Source of the DNA: Perkinsus chesapeaki ATCC PRA-425
Lineage: Eukaryota > Protista > Perkinsozoa
Reading direction: 5' to 3'
Length of the DNA: 64,000 nucleotides
NCBI GenBank assembly: GCA_013115145.1
Contig: JAAPAO010000019.1
Location: forward strand, 62,001-126,000
Position 1 is the stretch's first letter. Every line of letters starts with the position of its first letter. Positions 60,051 through 64,000 of the stretch are shown here, one piece after another. The translations under genes and the position numbers were made by a program. The notes under the pieces are model-generated. The model was not told the DNA's origin, searched no databases, and was given only the letters and a program-made list of their open reading frames with translations.

Positions 60051-61089
60051 GGGTCCGCACGTATTAACTGGGATTGATACCATATAAAGAATGCTGCTCT
60101 GGAAAGCATTGTCCTACATTAGGGTAAATTTTGTAGTATGTTTTCATTTTGATGAGTCGTGTGGTTTGTCATTTTGTTGGATTTGTAAGAACTTTATGTT
60201 GTTCCGCTTTCATCTACATGCGAAAAATAGCATTCAACACTTAGCGCAGAAGGCTCCGGCAAACGTATGCGCTTCAACCCAAAATCGGCACGAGATACCT
60301 AACGCATCGAAATAGCTCGGTGATGGTACTAAGGAAAGCCACCACAGGAGGCGGAACTTCCGTCGTGGATGGCCTGGTACAGTCCACTCTGGTGACGCGG
60401 GGGCTCTCGCCGAGGCCCTCTCGGTGTCCCTTTCTTCGTAGTTATTCTCCGAGTTGGAGACTCCAACTTATCTTCTCATATAATCTTTGATATACCCGAA
60501 TTATGTCTTGTATTCTGCCGGTCAGCTCCCTACTGGCGTCGTAGCTTGCGCGGTAGGTTCCTAATATATTATATGTGGTAACTTATCTCGTTCGACACCC
60601 CCGAAAAGTTGTGCCCGACGGCCGCGATATTTGAGACTCAAATTTTGAGTGGTGTCCCAGCACTGAAATCTGATCTATCAATGCCCGAGCTAGCGGTATT
60701 GGCTGTCTGCGTTTATTTTCCTGGGTAGTATCGATACTGCAGCTGAACCCTCGAAGTAGGAAGCCCTGCTGACCTTTCAAGTAGTGTTGTCAACTCATGG
60801 GCGCATATTTCACACTCACAAGTTGCATCTCGCTCATCTGGCCAACAGCGAAGAATAGGCCCATGATAACTTATAACCAACTATATTAGCTCCTCTGCAA
60901 GATAATACTGTGGCGAGTGAGAGCTTCAACAAAGCTCGTGCTGTACCAGCGGGTAGACAAGTAAGTTACGTCACGGTCACGATCCCACTTACGTCGCGAC
61001 CAAGCTCGTGAAGTCGAATGGGTAGAACCATCGTTAGCCTAATTCAATTTCATGATACCATGTTTGCATAGCTTAGCGGAATACGTTTA

Positions 61090-63643
61090 ATGCTCAATCT
61101 TCTACGTGGAGCGCTCTGCCTACCGATCCTGCTCTGCGGCATTTGTGCTGCTATAACTCAAGATAATCAGACATGGTCATTTAATAGGTAACTGATAGAA
61201 TCGTTGGAGCATGCCCCCCTCGTGATCAACGTTAAGTGTTGTTGAGTAACGAATTGGCCACGTTTAGGTCTAACACAGGCGGGGAAGGCTTTTATCCTAT
61301 CGGCCATTCTTCGGAAGGATTCTCACCTCACTTGAAAGCTGGCTGGATGGAGGGAACCTGTCTTTCTCTCGTGGACCATTCAAAAGTTACGTCTAATCAT
61401 TGATTCATTGTACCTCGTGCATCTGTTCTGATTCTTCTTCTCCTTTTCAGCAGTCTTCTGAGCGTATATCTGATATGGAGAATTTGGTCTACGTCATATC
61501 TTCCTTAACCAATATTCTATATTAGTATTACTAGTAACACGTTTTACTCGATATTCGGCTGAAGATTCGGGTTAACTTTTGCCTGATATTCGTTTGTATA
61601 TTTTATCAGTCGATACACTACAGCTTGCAGTCTGTAAGGAGGTTATATTTAGGTAGAGAAGGAGGAGAATTTCGTCAATCATTCATGCAGAATAACGACT
61701 ACTATAATCCGAGGAAGCCGGTAGGCAATTAAAGAGATTGGTCCAATTTAGTTGGAACTTGGAATGGAGCTCCTACTCGTTCAGCTCACCGTTCCTTATG
61801 CAGTTACTGTTCCTGCAAGTGAGCGGATTTTCTCCGATCCTCGGAATTCCTCTAATTGAGATGGAAGATGCCGCTGATCGAATGGGCGCCATCATGATAA
61901 TGCTGCAACAGAGGTATTTCGTTAATTTTCGTCATAGCCGATTAGATGCTTCCATACCAGTCAGTACTTCCGGCAGGTATTCCGGTGGAAGCATGCCTAC
62001 GAATGAGTTCTCAGTGGCAACTCTGAAAAAGCTTTTCACAGTGCCCCAGTCAGTCCAAGATGTGGCTTTCTTCGGTGCACAGATAAAATCAGCGACACCG
62101 GAAATGAAAATCATTCTTTTTGGATGCAGTAAAGGAGGGGTAGGCAGCTCCTTTTCCGAGATGACTCCATTGATGGCTTGTGCGTCGATCATATTTCGTG
62201 TCAGACGATTGCAGCATTGGCTCGAAAGTATTACCCGCATATATTTGATGGAGCCATTGTGTCCTCAGCTACACTTAAGTTTCAACTAGAGAACGAGAAG
62301 TAGGTCTGAACTCAATGGTCTCCTCCAGTAAGTTTATACAGTATCTCTCCCATTCTCTATGACGTCAAGCTTACGATATGGCTGTCGTTGACAGAGCCAT
62401 TTACTTTCAGGTACGCCGAGGTTGTGAATAAAGATTTCTCCAATAGTGACTTGGGCGGGAGCCGTAGCTGCTTAAAGGCAGTGAGTGCACAACACCTTTC
62501 AATCTCTTGACATTTCCCGGCAGGTGAGGGATGCCCATTTAGCTATTGGGGAGAGTTAGGGTCGCAAGAAGGCCGCCGAGAACTCGAGGAGAAGTTCGGC
62601 TTGAGTGAGGGAGATTTGGAAACCCCGGAAACCCAGACTTCGCTGTGAGCTCTTTAACTCCTCGCTATCAACGGAAGTACTACCCAGTACATATTATGAT
62701 GGCGCGACTGGCGCGATGTTACAGTCCAATGACCCGCTATGTGAGAAAGACTATTGCAACATCAAAAAAATCTGCGCAAAGCTTACAAAAGGAAAGTAGG
62801 AATATGGTTGACGATCGTTAACTGTTAATAGACACTGTTATGTAGGGAATCTCTATTGGATAAGTTGGCTACTATTTACAAGACTCATAGACCTCCTCCA
62901 ACACATTTTGTTGAGAATCTACGACGTCTCATCCTTCAGTAGGCACTAGATCCAAGTTTGGTTCTAGGCTTGGTATTCGAATTCGCTCATTTAGGTTAAA
63001 GGATGATAAGAGCTCCGACTACAATAGGTTGGGCGAGTTTCATGTCTGCTCGACCAGGGGACTGATGGCGTCCTGCAAACAAGCGACCTGCCCATTCTTC
63101 ACGAGAGAAGGATACGACTGGATGGATTTTTCACTTTGGAAATGCAAAGAAGGATTTGGAATATCTAAAGAAGAGGTGAGTTGCCTGAGGCAAACTCCAG
63201 TCATGAGTTGGTAAATTTTGAGGTACTCGAGGGAGTTACAGAGCTTCAAAAATATGTTGGAGACTTCCGCACGACGACAAATGTATTATCGATTAACGGT
63301 GATGCCGATCCATGGTACCCGTCATCTATATCTCAAGAGGGAGAAGGTCCGGAGGCGGAGATGGTAAGAGTAAATTGATATCAGTAGTCCGAACAAGTGG
63401 TTCTCATTAAAAACAGGTTAAAAGTGCATCACATTGCTACTGGTGCAGCGTATATGACAAGTAGGTCATTGGTGCGGAGCCTCGGGAGGATTTGTGCAAT
63501 CAATTAATTCAATGGGGCCTTGCCTCATAAGCTAGATCATCCAGTAGCTGCGCTTCTCGAAAATATAAGGCATGACTACGATGATCTTTCTCAGGAAAGT
63601 TTGCAAGAAGGTACGCAAAACTATCGAGAAGTGGCTCAAATGA
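61090..63643 (+). CDS. Secreted S28 serine peptidase, copy C
   Basis: Signal exon MLNLLRGALCLPILLCGICAAITQDNQT; HLKAGW..LVDHS; LQQR|YSGGSMP; FGCSKGG; PHIFDGAIVSSATL; NGDADPW; SASHC-type His exon; VRKTIEKWLK-TGA. Confidence 0.85.
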
Positions 63644-63779
63644 GTAGACAAATTCCACTGCCGGTCCCTCAACCGGTGCTCACCCGTTCTCTGTTGTAAC
63701 GGGTCTCATTCACTTTTTGAATCAAATGACTTTATTAAATGTTCACTATCGAATGGACAGAATCAGATATACAATGCCC

Positions 63780-63870
63780 ATCATTCCTATTCGGCTGATG
63801 CTTCGTCATCTTTTTGCCGATAGAGATATCTGCCCTTTTGAAAACATAAGGCTTGAGTTGACATAATTAT
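63780..63870. repeat. Non-coding flank homologous to the sequence downstream of S28 copies A (~37575-37660) and B (~41720-41800)
   Basis: TTCGGCTGATGCTTCGTCATCTTTTTGCCGATAGAGATATCTGCC vs TTCGGCTGATGATTTGTCATCTTCTTGCCGTTAGAGACATCTGCC (A) vs GGCTGATGATTTGTCGTTTTT..GGGACATCT (B); all share CTTGAGTT. Confidence 0.75.
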
Positions 63871-64000
63871 CCTGTTGGCGTGATAATGTTTCCTCTCTTG
63901 AAGGAGGTAGCACAACGATTAGCAGCAAGCGGCCGTTCAGCATCGCTGTGTGCCCAAATCAAGGTGACCTAGACTGGTATCGTTGTGGTACGCACCATGA

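Noticed and set aside
37575-63870. Possible small conserved minus-strand gene in the S28 downstream spacer (ADISIGKKMTKHQP)
   Set aside because: All three copies have a stop just upstream in that frame and differ by frameshifting indels; consistent with neutral paralogous non-coding sequence.
1-64000. CRISPR arrays, rRNA, intact tRNA genes, telomeric repeats, prophage
   Set aside because: No regularly spaced direct repeats, rRNA signature sequences, complete cloverleafs or telomere motifs were seen; the DNA is spliced eukaryotic sequence.

Overview
Eukaryotic nuclear DNA from a flagellated alveolate, most likely a Perkinsus-like perkinsozoan. This is inferred from the dense 40-55 nt GT-AG introns with occasional GC-AG, very short intergenic spacers, alveolate-type TVP15 and CFAP57 sequences, and an expanded S28 protease family. 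Because most genes are split into many short exons, the ORF track mostly shows exon fragments and antisense shadows; I rebuilt gene models by hand where conserved motifs allowed. Supported genes, in order: two tandem intronless MpaB/Lcp-like (DUF2236) heme oxygenases (the second has an in-frame TAG); DNALI1/p28; a C2H2 zinc-finger fragment of a probable non-LTR retroelement; a GNAT acetyltransferase; a TVP15/COPI-associated protein; an M3-family peptidase whose catalytic motif is destroyed; a coiled-coil protein; a diacylglycerol kinase; a Mei2-like RRM protein; a GH47 alpha-1,2-mannosidase; three secreted S28 serine peptidases; CFAP57 (plus a decayed duplicate of its 5' end); a large coiled-coil/helical protein; a two-TM Cache-like sensor with no output domain; and a BACK/Kelch gene with TGA at a conserved Trp. 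I found no CRISPR array, rRNA or intact tRNA, and no clearly new biological system. The strongest leads are the pseudo-peptidase, the oxygenase pair, the orphan Cache sensor, the S28 duplication/gene-conversion history, two premature stops at conserved positions, and intronic tRNA-like and palindromic sequences. I could not resolve about 1-1.5 kb, 2.6-4 kb, 8.5-9.4 kb, 12.9-15.7 kb, 25.7-26.3 kb and 60.1-61 kb. Gene ends marked approximate are uncertain.
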